A stretch of DNA of 64,000 bases, from positions 30,106 through 94,105 of the IMG/VR virus record IMGVR_UViG_3300033984_000205, one strand, 5' to 3'. The notes below the pieces were generated by a model. The model was not told the DNA's origin, searched no databases, and saw nothing but the letters and a program-made list of their open reading frames with translations. Within the stretch, counting starts at the first letter, position 1. Each line of letters starts with the position of its first letter. Made by a program: the position numbers and the translations under genes. The stretch is from a virus. Below, in pieces: positions 40,911 through 51,089 of the stretch.

Positions 40911-40918
40911 CAAATATA
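40911..40918 (-). promoter_or_regulatory. Bacteroidota -7 element TATATTTG driving the S/T-protein/GT/MTase/fibre operon
   Basis: TAnnTTTG just after a terminator and upstream of ATG 40891. Confidence 0.65.
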
Positions 40919-40924
40919 CAAAAT

Positions 40925-40957
40925 AAAAAAACATCTCTATAGAAATAGAGATGTTTT
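40925..40957 (-). terminator. Intrinsic terminator after the 40990 gene
   Basis: AAAACATCTCTAT-AGAA-ATAGAGATGTTTT, with a U-tract on the minus strand. Confidence 0.75.
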
Positions 40958-40989
40958 ATTAAATAGCTTTATTTTAATAATCCTTTTGA

Positions 40990-42129
40990 TTAATCAATCA
41001 AAGGAGTATTAGTAATAAAAGCAGTCAAGAAGTTTTTTATAGAGTTTCCTAAGTTACAGTCATCACACTCATATGCAAAGATTGTACTTAATGGATTACT
41101 ATATTCTTGCCACCCTGATTCAGAACTTTGGTTATATTCCAAAATAATTTGGTCATAATTAGTATTCTTATCAGCTAAGTAAGAGATATTACCATAAGCA
41201 GTACCTGTTACTCCTGACAATTTGTAAGGACCTGAACCTGCATTTCCTGAAGCATGGTATTCTTTTTGTAAAATATTATTACCAGTACCTTCTGCATACA
41301 CAGGGTATTGATTAATAGTAGTTGCACCTGAACATCCAAAACCTTCAATTAGAGAAACAATAAGAACTGTTTCCAATAATTTGTAGTATTGTAAGTTTAC
41401 TTGGCAAAAAGAACCAATAGAAAGAGGTTGACTTACTAATTGAAAATCAGCAAATACTTGAGCAGCAGCTAAAGCAGTTTTATTGAACACAATTAAATCA
41501 TCAACATCAGCACTAGTCATTACTGCACCAGCAGCATAATTAACAGAAGTTCCATGAGTAGCAGTAGTTAAAGCTTGTCTTGCAACAGGCTGAGCAATAA
41601 CTAATCCAGACTCATCTGCATTAATATTAGCTACAAATAATTGAGTCAATACATTTGCATCTAAAGAACCACATCCTTCAGCACAATCATCACAACAAGG
41701 AGTTGTAACCATATAAGCTTTGCTAAATTGGTTATAACCTTGAATTCTGTTAATTCTTGCATTACGGAATTCTATTCTTACTCCATACTCAGTATCACAC
41801 TCAGCTTTGAAGTTACCTACAGTTACCTTCATAGGGGCTCCTGTTGAACAAAGTTTTTCAGTAAAACCTACTACACCTTGTCTTTGTATTACTTGACCTG
41901 CAGAAGTTCTGTAGTCAATACCTCCTGAAGGAGTAGTATAAGCCAAAGCAAAGAAAACTTCTTTAGGCATTGGACTTGTAAATTGATCTACAGCTAAGTT
42001 AGTAGCTGCATCAAATGCACCTAATTGACCTACAGCTAAATTCTCTATAGATACTCCTGCTCCAGGATCTAAAAGGTTACAGTTAGTTACTGGTAACACT
42101 TTAAAAACGTCATTGTTACGATTACTCAT
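40990..42129 (-). CDS. Structural protein, probably auxiliary capsid/decoration
   Basis: 379 aa, located in the conserved block downstream of the MCP and followed by a terminator. It contains Y.EGTG. Confidence 0.55.
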   Translation of the reverse strand: MSNRNNDVFKVLPVTNCNLLDPGAGVSIENLAVGQLGAFDAATNLAVDQFTSPMPKEVFFALAYTTPSGGIDYRTSAGQVIQRQGVVGFTEKLCSTGAPMKVTVGNFKAECDTEYGVRIEFRNARINRIQGYNQFSKAYMVTTPCCDDCAEGCGSLDANVLTQLFVANINADESGLVIAQPVARQALTTATHGTSVNYAAGAVMTSADVDDLIVFNKTALAAAQVFADFQLVSQPLSIGSFCQVNLQYYKLLETVLIVSLIEGFGCSGATTINQYPVYAEGTGNNILQKEYHASGNAGSGPYKLSGVTGTAYGNISYLADKNTNYDQIILEYNQSSESGWQEYSNPLSTIFAYECDDCNLGNSIKNFLTAFITNTPLID

Positions 42130-42147
42130 AATTTCTCTTTTTTTTAA

Positions 42148-42849
42148 TTAAACAATTTGATTAAAACCTAACTTACTGATTTTACCCTGTAAGTCTGAAG
42201 TTTGCACTTCACTTGCAGCAAGCATTACTGCTATATCAACAATTTCCCTATGGGTGTGGTCTGGGAGATCACAATTCACAGCACCTGATAAGGTGACACC
42301 TGAAGGATGAGCATATGACCCTGACCCAAAATCTTGGGCATTATGTACATATGCTGGTTTGCGTATATAAGACAACTTTGCTTCATTTATTGTAAAAGTA
42401 CCATCTGTAAAAGTTTGGATACCTTGTGATTCATAAACTCCATTTACTTCTCTCCACTCAAAAGAACTATTATAAAACTCACTTTCTTCAAAAAGATCAT
42501 CATGTTCTTGTATATAAAGAACTGCTTCTTGATCTGTACAATTACCTTTTGACAACTTTACTCTGCATCTTACAAAGTATAAATAGTTAGAAGGTAAGGC
42601 AATAACATTATTTGTTACAGGAGTCCATGTTCCTCCAACAACAAGAGTTTTAATATCTTCAACTATTCTTTGAGACATTTCAAAACCAAGACCATTATCA
42701 ACTTTAGGTTGTGCAACTCTTTTAATAAAAAGTTCAACTGCTTCATTAAGAAGCCAGTCAATTTCAGGGACCAATAGTCCCTTATTTTTTTGACTGTCTA
42801 TTTTATTAAACTTCTGTTTGAAGTCATAGTGCATTTCCCTAGTTGTCAT
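42148..42849 (-). CDS. Head-tail adaptor / ring protein
   Basis: MHYDFKQKFNKIDS...EIDWLLNEA, LSYIRKP and CDLPDHTHREIVDIAV, a crAss-like conserved pattern. Confidence 0.7.
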   Translation of the reverse strand: MTTREMHYDFKQKFNKIDSQKNKGLLVPEIDWLLNEAVELFIKRVAQPKVDNGLGFEMSQRIVEDIKTLVVGGTWTPVTNNVIALPSNYLYFVRCRVKLSKGNCTDQEAVLYIQEHDDLFEESEFYNSSFEWREVNGVYESQGIQTFTDGTFTINEAKLSYIRKPAYVHNAQDFGSGSYAHPSGVTLSGAVNCDLPDHTHREIVDIAVMLAASEVQTSDLQGKISKLGFNQIV

Positions 42850-42854
42850 AACTC

Positions 42855-43667
42855 TTAGTTATTAATTTTAGACAATATTAGAAGTTTAATATCCTGGTTT
42901 TCTTCTTTAGAAAGGTATTCTGCAACTTCAATTTCATCAATACCTAAAGGAGAATCCATGTGGAATATTCTTTGTCCTTCTCTTCTTAATACTGATTTTT
43001 GAAGAGCTTCTAAAACAAGAGCATGTGATGCTGTTTGTTTTTTATCCATATTCAAAAATCTTAAAAACTCTCCTGCATCTTTGGTAATGATTTTATCAAG
43101 TTCTACAGCTACAAAATCTGCAGATTGATTCTTCATATTCTTACCTCCTAATACAAGTATTAATTGTACTTTTCTATCTAATGATAATTTAGATGCTTCA
43201 ATGATGGCAGTATTCTTTTGTTCTACTTTACTTGCCATTACTGATGCTTGTTCTGCTTCATCAAAAATAACATGAGTAGCTTCTGGCCACATCCCTAGAT
43301 CATATTCTGCCATTGAATTGGCAACATACTTACTAGCTTTCATCACTCTTACTTTAATATAGTCTAGAGGATTATCATTGTCAAAGAACATTGTATTATT
43401 TTCTAACTTTATAATTGCCATTCCTGAATCCCAAAATGGATGAGGAGCTTCTGAATTATAGTGTGGAGACAAATCATAGTTTACTCCTTTTTTAGCTAAC
43501 TCTTTAATGTCAGCTTCTGATAGCCCTGTAGCATACCTCATTGTAGTAGCATCTACTAAAGCTTGAATTTTTTTTGGTCTTGTGAAAGACTCTTGACCTG
43601 TTTTGTTGTGCCATCTTTTTGACTCAATAGGTCTGATTTCAACTTTTACTGAACTCATAATTTCCAA
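42855..43667 (-). CDS. Conserved crAss-like protein downstream of MCP
   Basis: YATGL, HPFW and DNPLDYIK motifs, in the syntenic position. Confidence 0.55.
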   Translation of the reverse strand: MEIMSSVKVEIRPIESKRWHNKTGQESFTRPKKIQALVDATTMRYATGLSEADIKELAKKGVNYDLSPHYNSEAPHPFWDSGMAIIKLENNTMFFDNDNPLDYIKVRVMKASKYVANSMAEYDLGMWPEATHVIFDEAEQASVMASKVEQKNTAIIEASKLSLDRKVQLILVLGGKNMKNQSADFVAVELDKIITKDAGEFLRFLNMDKKQTASHALVLEALQKSVLRREGQRIFHMDSPLGIDEIEVAEYLSKEENQDIKLLILSKINN

Positions 43668-43710
43668 TATTTATAATGAACTTAAGGAAATCCTTTTTCC
43701 CTTTACCACC

Positions 43711-43736
43711 AAAAGCTCCTTGTTACAGGAGCTTTT
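43711..43736 (-). terminator. Intrinsic terminator after MCP
   Basis: AAAAGCTCCT-TGTTAC-AGGAGCTTTT inverted repeat. Confidence 0.7.
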
Positions 43737-43755
43737 AATAGTTATATAAGTGATC

Positions 43756-45213
43756 TTAGTTACGAGACAAGATCAATTCTCCACATTTAGTGATGTCATG
43801 GATATGGATACCACATGATTTTTCAACATGCATTTCATAGTAAGAACCAGAGTGTGCAGAAGAACCACCATTTTTAGGACCATAAGGACCATACATACCT
43901 TCAACATAAGTAAAGGCAAAACCATCTTTTTTGTTCATGATTTTGATGTTAGAGTTTTTAGATTCTCCTGAGAAGTCTAAGAATGTAATTCTTTGAGACT
44001 CAATTGGGAAACCTGTAACTTCATCAATTTCAAAGTTAATCTCTCTATCATCATAAAGAGGATTGTGGATTAACTCAAGAGATGCACCATTTGCCATGTT
44101 GTATTTCACAAATTGGTAACCTGCTTCAAGAGAATTAGTATGTACTGAGTTAGTCACTTTGTTAGTGTAAACTTCAATATTTTTAATAAATCCTGATTTG
44201 TTTTGCCAATCTTGGATAGCTCTGTGGAATTGTAACATTCCATACTCTCCTGTGAATCCTTTAACCTGTCTTCCAGCACCTGGCTTAACACGAGAATAAA
44301 AGATGTCTTGCAAGTACTCTTCAATTAACTTAGCAGTTAAGTGAGAATATCTGTGTTGGTGAGAATCTTCCAATTGCTCTTGGATTCCAGGACCCATTCT
44401 TACTGGTCTACCATTAGCACCTAATACAGTATCTGCAGATCTTGAATACCAATATCCACGTTCTACTTCTCTGTACCATTGTTGCCAATATTCAACTTCA
44501 GCATAACGCATCCATGAATTGTGATAAGCACCTTTAGAATCAGGAATAGCTACAGCCAATACTTCAGTAGAAGCATAGTCAGTAATTCTGTATTCTTTTC
44601 TGTACTTAGACATTCTGTTTCTGAAGGCAATTGGCAAACTGAATACAGTTGAACCTGATTGCTCAGCAGCTTCCTCATATTGAGAGAAAAGTTTACCCCA
44701 TTGTTGTCCTGGTTTCAAATATTTAACAGGCATAAATGCTTGTGGGTCATCTGAATTCATTCTTACAGTGTAGACAGTACCATCTCCATGTTTTACTCCT
44801 TGATTTTGTACACGTACTTGGTATTTCTTGTTAGAAGTACCTGGCATGATAACATCTCCTGGTAAGTACCAGTTCTCATCAAGTTTAATTTTGAATGTTT
44901 TTTTGAATTTTCCTGGAGTAGTGTTACCCACTGCTTCAACATTTTCTACAACAACTAGAGGTCTAGTGTTTGCACCTTTCAACTCCCATTCCCATTCTGT
45001 GTTACCAATAGTTTCTTCTGTTTTAGAGTTACCCATCAACAAAGAAGACATTGGATTATCAGAGTAGTAGTTTTGAGCTGAGAACAATTTGTCCATTTCT
45101 CCAAGAATACGGTGTGGTTTAGCAATCAGAGCAGCACCTAAGTGAGATTGCTCAGTCATGTTGGCATTCCACTCCATCTCTTTTACGAGAAGCTTGCTTC
45201 CTAATGTAGCCAT
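43756..45213 (-). CDS. Major capsid protein
   Basis: 485 aa, following the portal and scaffold genes. It has EWEWEL, MGPGIQEQL, TGEYGMLQF and HNPLYDD motifs and ends CGELI, with a terminator downstream. Confidence 0.9.
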   Translation of the reverse strand: MATLGSKLLVKEMEWNANMTEQSHLGAALIAKPHRILGEMDKLFSAQNYYSDNPMSSLLMGNSKTEETIGNTEWEWELKGANTRPLVVVENVEAVGNTTPGKFKKTFKIKLDENWYLPGDVIMPGTSNKKYQVRVQNQGVKHGDGTVYTVRMNSDDPQAFMPVKYLKPGQQWGKLFSQYEEAAEQSGSTVFSLPIAFRNRMSKYRKEYRITDYASTEVLAVAIPDSKGAYHNSWMRYAEVEYWQQWYREVERGYWYSRSADTVLGANGRPVRMGPGIQEQLEDSHQHRYSHLTAKLIEEYLQDIFYSRVKPGAGRQVKGFTGEYGMLQFHRAIQDWQNKSGFIKNIEVYTNKVTNSVHTNSLEAGYQFVKYNMANGASLELIHNPLYDDREINFEIDEVTGFPIESQRITFLDFSGESKNSNIKIMNKKDGFAFTYVEGMYGPYGPKNGGSSAHSGSYYEMHVEKSCGIHIHDITKCGELILSRN

Positions 45214-45247
45214 TTTGATTTAATTTTAAGTTAATAATTAATTTAGT

Positions 45248-46408
45248 TTATCCCTCTAGCATATCCCAAAGGGCCTTTTTATTGGATTTGTGACCTCCAC
45301 TTTCTGAATTTGATAATTCCTTTCTGTCAACTCTTTCAACAGCTTCTCTGACTCCTCTTGCAGCTTGAGTTTGTTTCTTTCTCTCAATAGCACTAAAGTC
45401 AAAATCTGTTTTTAGAAGTTTAGCTAAAAGAACTATTTTATCTTTGTCAGCCATCACTTTGAATAAGTCTGCTTGCATTTCACTTACAAATCTACCATCT
45501 TGTAGTTCTACATTAGGTTCTGAGATATAAGTTGGAAGACTTGTCTTATCTTGTTTAGATAAAGGTAATCCTCCAGTTTCATTCAAACTATTAATATGAC
45601 TAGTAATGTTAGTCTTATATTCTCTAGCTTGTTTCTTTCTACTTTCTGCAATATCTTTTTGTCTTTGGACTTGACCTGCAGTTTCATTTTCTTGAGCTTC
45701 AATAATCTTATCATAAGACTTTTTAGCTATTCCTTCAAGTTTGTCTTTTTCTTTTAGAAACTCTATTTGAGAATCTATATACTCTTGATCATAACCTTGG
45801 CTTTTTAAATCCATTGTTACTGCAAGAACTTGAACATCCTCATTGTCAATATCACTATCTTTAGTAATACCTGAAGTTGCATGTTGAATCATCTTACCTA
45901 ATAGTTCTCCAACATTACCTCCTTTAGATGCAAACTTTACTAAGTCTTTAATATCTTGAGGAAGGTCTTTAATTGTAGCTTCTACTTCTAACTCTAAAGC
46001 TTTCTCCCAAGAGTCTTCAAGTAAATGTTCTGCATCTTCTTCAGTAAGTTCTACACCATCTTCTAACTCATAATCTACAAGACCTTTTTCTTTTAAGAAC
46101 TCAAGAGTCTGTTTATTATTTACATTAGTTACTGGTTCTTTTTTACCTGAAGAAGTTTTATCTTCTTCCTCATCTTCAGTTTGAACTTTAGGGGCATCTT
46201 TTTCAAAAGCTTTAAACTGATCATCAATCAATTCTTGTTCTTTTTTTTCTTCCTCTTCTTTTGCAAGATCTTCTTCTGTTTTAACATCATCTTTTAATGC
46301 TACATCTACTGCATCAACTTCTAGATTAGTTTCTCCAAAAAAATCATGTTGTTGTGATGAATCATCCCATCCTGCAAATTGGTCAATGGTTTTCTCTGTT
46401 CCACTCAT
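45248..46408 (-). CDS. Capsid scaffolding protein
   Basis: A highly acidic, coiled-coil protein between the portal and MCP genes. Confidence 0.7.
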   Translation of the reverse strand: MSGTEKTIDQFAGWDDSSQQHDFFGETNLEVDAVDVALKDDVKTEEDLAKEEEEKKEQELIDDQFKAFEKDAPKVQTEDEEEDKTSSGKKEPVTNVNNKQTLEFLKEKGLVDYELEDGVELTEEDAEHLLEDSWEKALELEVEATIKDLPQDIKDLVKFASKGGNVGELLGKMIQHATSGITKDSDIDNEDVQVLAVTMDLKSQGYDQEYIDSQIEFLKEKDKLEGIAKKSYDKIIEAQENETAGQVQRQKDIAESRKKQAREYKTNITSHINSLNETGGLPLSKQDKTSLPTYISEPNVELQDGRFVSEMQADLFKVMADKDKIVLLAKLLKTDFDFSAIERKKQTQAARGVREAVERVDRKELSNSESGGHKSNKKALWDMLEG

Positions 46409-46416
46409 AATTGTGA

Positions 46417-46424
46417 CAAATTTA
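46417..46424 (-). promoter_or_regulatory. Bacteroidota -7 element TAAATTTG upstream of scaffold/MCP
   Basis: TAnnTTTG 8 nt upstream of the scaffold ATG. Confidence 0.65.
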
Positions 46425-46492
46425 AGTTTAATTATTTAATTAATTACATATTCAAAATGAAGGTTTACTATTTAAAGTATAATAGCCTTATT

Positions 46493-48907
46493 TTATTTTC
46501 CTGCTCCCTTTTGAGCAATTTCTTTAGCCTTTAGTTTATTTTTCTCTTTGTCATCCTGTATTTGATGATCAATTAGTTTAGCTTGATTAGCAACTTGTGC
46601 TCTCTTAATTTCAGCATCAACTCCATATTTAGCAACTTCAAGTACATCAGGAGTGCCATCATTATCTTGGTCTTTATTAATATCAAATCCCATAGAAAGA
46701 ATAGTTTGTTTCTGAATCTCAGTTTTTCTTCTTTCTTCTTCTTTAAGAGTAATCATATCAGCTTCATGTGCCCATTCTTCTTTCTTAAACTCAAGTTCTT
46801 TTTGTTGGAAGTCTGCTTTAGCTTTTTCTTGTGCTTGTGCCTGTGCTTGTTCTCTATTAGATCTAAGTTCTTCAGAAACAAGTAAAGCTTCTTCAGCTTC
46901 TTGTATAGAATCTTGTTTAATAACTTTAAGGACATCAGATAATTCAATTTTTTGATTCTGCATTGCAGCATGAGCAAGTTGTTGAATAGTCTGTTTAATT
47001 TCTTCTGACATAGAAGAGTCTTCCATAAATAAACCTAATGTACTTTCATCAAGTAAGTTTATATCCATCTGTAACATCTCTATAGACATATCATCTAAGA
47101 TATAAGTGATATTCTTTTTATCAGAGTTAGCATAAGCTACCTTAGCAATATCAAGTAATCCTTGAAGTACATTTCTTTTAATACAATTGTGTAAGTCAAA
47201 GTAAGGTTCAAGCATATGAGAAGTCTGCACTAGGTTTTGTTGATTGTTTCCAACTCTTTCAGATACAGAAGTTTGACCTAATACAGGGTCTGTAATACCC
47301 ACAGATTTACCACATTTTTGTTCTAAGTAATCTGCAAGTTGAATATATTTCTGAATATCAGAAGCCAATGAAAGGTCTAGAGTCTTAGCAATAGTATTTA
47401 CATCACTTTGATTCATTCCTTCTTCATCAGGATTGTACCACATAAAAGGAGTACTTTCAAAGAAGTATTGCCACTTCTTAAGATCTATTCCAGAGTCAGT
47501 AGGAATAGCATTGATGTTCATTAAGATTTTCTTCCCTTTATCTGAAGCCAAGAGTAACTCTAATCTGTACATTACTATGTTATAGTAGTACTGATAAACT
47601 TTCATTCTATCCATTACAGAAGTAGGTTGAGAGTTTATGTTATCATAGATTGCACCATAATAAGGTAAATTACATTTATAGATATTGTCCATATCTTTAA
47701 ACTGTCCTGGAATTGGTCTCATTTCTTTGTAAATGTCAGCACCAATTTTATATCCTTCATATACTTCAGGAATCCATTCATACTTAATTTTTACATCTCC
47801 ATTTTCTTTATCAAGTCTATAAGTTTCATCAACCATAAACTTAGTTTGGAGAATACCATCTTGATCTATATAATCTAACCAACCTATTTTTCTAAGTCCT
47901 TTAAATACACAATGCAATACCCTTACTGCATTTTTATCTTCATAAGTTAGATACTCATCAAAGTTAAATAAGTTATCATGTACTCTTTGAGTAATATGAT
48001 GATTGTAATTTCTCCAAAGAGTATCTATTTCTTTATCAGTAAGTTCAAAAGTCTGTACAATTTGTGAAGGGTGCATTCTGTATTCTGCTGCAGCCCACTC
48101 TCCTTGTTCTATGTAGTCAAGGTCTGAAGCTTTATCACAAGAAAATCTAACAGGGTTTACAACTTTCATTGCTGGTTCTCCATTGATTATTCCTAACCAA
48201 TATACTTCATAAGCTGAGATTAAACCATGTTTCCAACCATTATTAAACTTCTTTTTGACATCAAGTTTCTTAATTAAGTAATTAACAATCTGTTGTCCTT
48301 GTACTTCAGCAGGGTCTCTATGATCCCTTTTCATGTATGCTCTTACTTTATCAGGAGTTGCAGCTTCAATTTCAGCTTGCATTTTTTCTTGCATTTGTTG
48401 AGACTCTTGTTCAGTGAGTTCTCTTCCTTTCATTTGAGCCTGATACTCTTTTTCTTTTTGTTGTGTAATAGGAGCCATTATAGAGTTAACAACAAAGTCA
48501 GTTATTCTTTTAGTCTCTTCTTCTACTTTTCTATTTGATGCTTCTTTATTAGTGGCAATGACTCTATAACCAAAAGGTCTTTTCATTTCCATACCAATTA
48601 AAGCTTTTACTCTATAAGAACAAATATCTCTATTTGCCATTTGAGCTGGCATCTCTCCCTGGTCAGCCCCATAAGGACTAGCTACATAAGCAAAGTCAGA
48701 GAGGTCAATTATGTTATTAAATAAATCATAATTTACCCTCATTCTTTTATACTCATTAACCCCTCCATATCCAATAGATAAGAAGTTGGCTTTAGTATCA
48801 TACATGTCAATCTTTTCTCTATACCAAAGAAAGTTATTATCTTCCTTTTCTCTTCTGCTAAGTCTCTCAGTAGAATATGACTTGGGTTGCGTAACTGGTT
48901 GATTCAT
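46493..48907 (-). CDS. Portal protein
   Basis: 804 aa directly after TerL. It has NYDLFN, LIGMEMKRPF, WIPEVYEGYKIG and YQYYYNIVMYRLELLLASDKGK motifs and a coiled-coil C-terminus. Confidence 0.9.
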   Translation of the reverse strand: MNQPVTQPKSYSTERLSRREKEDNNFLWYREKIDMYDTKANFLSIGYGGVNEYKRMRVNYDLFNNIIDLSDFAYVASPYGADQGEMPAQMANRDICSYRVKALIGMEMKRPFGYRVIATNKEASNRKVEEETKRITDFVVNSIMAPITQQKEKEYQAQMKGRELTEQESQQMQEKMQAEIEAATPDKVRAYMKRDHRDPAEVQGQQIVNYLIKKLDVKKKFNNGWKHGLISAYEVYWLGIINGEPAMKVVNPVRFSCDKASDLDYIEQGEWAAAEYRMHPSQIVQTFELTDKEIDTLWRNYNHHITQRVHDNLFNFDEYLTYEDKNAVRVLHCVFKGLRKIGWLDYIDQDGILQTKFMVDETYRLDKENGDVKIKYEWIPEVYEGYKIGADIYKEMRPIPGQFKDMDNIYKCNLPYYGAIYDNINSQPTSVMDRMKVYQYYYNIVMYRLELLLASDKGKKILMNINAIPTDSGIDLKKWQYFFESTPFMWYNPDEEGMNQSDVNTIAKTLDLSLASDIQKYIQLADYLEQKCGKSVGITDPVLGQTSVSERVGNNQQNLVQTSHMLEPYFDLHNCIKRNVLQGLLDIAKVAYANSDKKNITYILDDMSIEMLQMDINLLDESTLGLFMEDSSMSEEIKQTIQQLAHAAMQNQKIELSDVLKVIKQDSIQEAEEALLVSEELRSNREQAQAQAQEKAKADFQQKELEFKKEEWAHEADMITLKEEERRKTEIQKQTILSMGFDINKDQDNDGTPDVLEVAKYGVDAEIKRAQVANQAKLIDHQIQDDKEKNKLKAKEIAQKGAGK

Positions 48908-48929
48908 TTGTTTAAAAGATAAGTATTCA

Positions 48930-48937
48930 CAAAAGTA
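48930..48937 (-). promoter_or_regulatory. Bacteroidota -7 element TACTTTTG upstream of portal
   Basis: TAnnTTTG in the terL-portal gap. Confidence 0.6.
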
Positions 48938-48941
48938 ATAA

Positions 48942-51089
48942 TTATTTTAATGACTGTAGAGCATTTCTACCATTATTTTTTGAGTACATAGTTCCCATCA
49001 TATCTAAAAGTTGTTTTGCTTTAGCATTTCCTTTTGATTTTGGTTGGTATTCTTTTCCATGTAAGTCTTCTTGATCTTGAAACATAACTTGCATAAGTGC
49101 CATGACCCTATCAAAGTTTCCCTTTCTATTATAACTAATTAACTCTTCTAATAGTCCAATAGAATAAATTTGATCTAAAGCTCTAATAGGCATACCATCA
49201 TCATCAAAGTCAAGAGTCTCTAACAACCAAGATTTAATATACTTTTCTCCTGCATCTTTAAGTTGATCTATCATGTGACAACCATATAACCTATTTACTT
49301 TAGAATTCTTAACATTCTTCTTTATAACTTCATCAGGTTGATAAGCTAAATAGTGCAATTGTTTTCTTCTTCTGAAGTAATCTTTAACATGGGTTACTTC
49401 ATTCTCATGCATAATAGTAGTGTTGTATAACTCAGCAAATAATCTACAAATGTAGTTTACATCATCTGCTTCTCCAGGTCTACCTACATATTCTGCAACA
49501 ATTATTCTTTTAGTTCTATCTCCTATAATTACACTCTTATAGACATAAACAGCAGCAAGAGAAGTACCTTGTGCCTGTCTGTAAGGGTCATAACCTATTT
49601 TGTAAGCATTTCTTTGAGGTACTTCAGCAGGATATTCATAGATAACAGGACACCCTTCTAGAGAAGTATTGTCAGGTTTCATTCTATAAATTACATTAGC
49701 TGAGCCATCAAGTATAGGTTCTGCTTTAACTTTTTTAGATTCATAATCATAGAATAGTTTAACAGGAGTTCCCATAATCATATGAAGATTCTTTGCTTTA
49801 ACTATTTCTAATTGTCTCTTTAATTCAAGTACAGGAAAGTTATTTACACTGACCATACCAAAGGCTTCAAATGGGCCCAAAGGCTTCTCCTGCATTCTCT
49901 TCTGAATATCAGCAGATGTAGCACCATTATCTAATAAGATTTTTCTATTAGCAAGTTCTACTTGTTTAGCCCCTTCTCTATCAGAGTTGCCTTGTTCATC
50001 ATAGTAACCTTCCATATTCCAAGTAATAGGGTGGAAGAATCCACACTTCATATCCTCAGAATCTTCATCCCAAATATTTTGAAATGGTAGCATACCAAAT
50101 CTTAAAGGACTAGAGTGCATTTCAGAATAATCTGCAGTACCTCCTTCCATATCTCCTGATGTACCAAATACAGTAATCATACCTGTTTTAATATCTCCTG
50201 CCATAACACAATCCTGAGTAGCAGCATAAGAACTCTTAAGTAATCCAGGTGTACCAAAAGCTCCTGACTCTTCAAAGATTACATCTCTAGCATCTTTACC
50301 CCTGGCAGCATCTGCATTATCTTTAAAAGTAAGTGCCATTATCTCAGACATAAACCCAGTCTCAACCTTTACACCATTTCTGTATTCAATAGTAGAAGCT
50401 TTAACGTGGTCCATTTTATCTACAACATCCTTAGGATATACCCAAGCTGTATGAGCATTAATAAAGTTAAGGTAATTGGAAGCCATTGTATAGATACCTT
50501 TAGGGTAAAGGAATTTCTTTTCATAAGCAGCAAATATAGTAAGAGCTCTAGGATAACATAAGTAATTCTTAACAGCAATAGCTGCATTCTTATACGAGTA
50601 TCCCTTTCTTCTAGACTTACCTACAATAAGATTGTATCCTCCTGTTAGGTATTCTTCATCAATTTTAACTTCAAGTTGAAGTCCTTTATATAGTTCAGAT
50701 AAATTTTCAGACTCACTTAAAGGAATCCCTAATCCATCAACTATACCATTGAAAGCAATTTCTCTTGCCCAAAAATAATTATAATCTCCATCCCAGAAAT
50801 CTGGGAAATCTGTAACTTTAGCTGACTTCTTTGCACTCATATCCTCTACTTTAAGGATAGGACAGAAGTTTAAATAGAAATAATGATCTCCAGTAATTTT
50901 TACACCCCCTACAGAATAACCATTAATAATTCTATTTCTTTGTTCTTGCCAATAAGTATACCAATCAGGAGAACCCCAAGGATCTAGACAGTAGGTATTA
51001 TACCTCTGAAACTTTCTAGCTTCTTCTCTAAACACTTCTGTGTTTATCCAAATCCCATCTGGGTTTCTGATTGCTCCTAATTTACTCAT
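48942..51089 (-). CDS. terL: Terminase large subunit
   Basis: ITGDHYFYLNF, Walker A-like KSRRKGYSY, Walker B VIFEESG, FGTSGD, nuclease IGYDPY and C-terminal NFDRVMA. Confidence 0.92.
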   Translation of the reverse strand: MSKLGAIRNPDGIWINTEVFREEARKFQRYNTYCLDPWGSPDWYTYWQEQRNRIINGYSVGGVKITGDHYFYLNFCPILKVEDMSAKKSAKVTDFPDFWDGDYNYFWAREIAFNGIVDGLGIPLSESENLSELYKGLQLEVKIDEEYLTGGYNLIVGKSRRKGYSYKNAAIAVKNYLCYPRALTIFAAYEKKFLYPKGIYTMASNYLNFINAHTAWVYPKDVVDKMDHVKASTIEYRNGVKVETGFMSEIMALTFKDNADAARGKDARDVIFEESGAFGTPGLLKSSYAATQDCVMAGDIKTGMITVFGTSGDMEGGTADYSEMHSSPLRFGMLPFQNIWDEDSEDMKCGFFHPITWNMEGYYDEQGNSDREGAKQVELANRKILLDNGATSADIQKRMQEKPLGPFEAFGMVSVNNFPVLELKRQLEIVKAKNLHMIMGTPVKLFYDYESKKVKAEPILDGSANVIYRMKPDNTSLEGCPVIYEYPAEVPQRNAYKIGYDPYRQAQGTSLAAVYVYKSVIIGDRTKRIIVAEYVGRPGEADDVNYICRLFAELYNTTIMHENEVTHVKDYFRRRKQLHYLAYQPDEVIKKNVKNSKVNRLYGCHMIDQLKDAGEKYIKSWLLETLDFDDDGMPIRALDQIYSIGLLEELISYNRKGNFDRVMALMQVMFQDQEDLHGKEYQPKSKGNAKAKQLLDMMGTMYSKNNGRNALQSLK

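Noticed and set aside
43756-51089. Introns or inteins in terL, portal or MCP
   Set aside because: The ORFs are continuous and of normal length, with no intein C-terminal HN or LAGLIDADG motifs.
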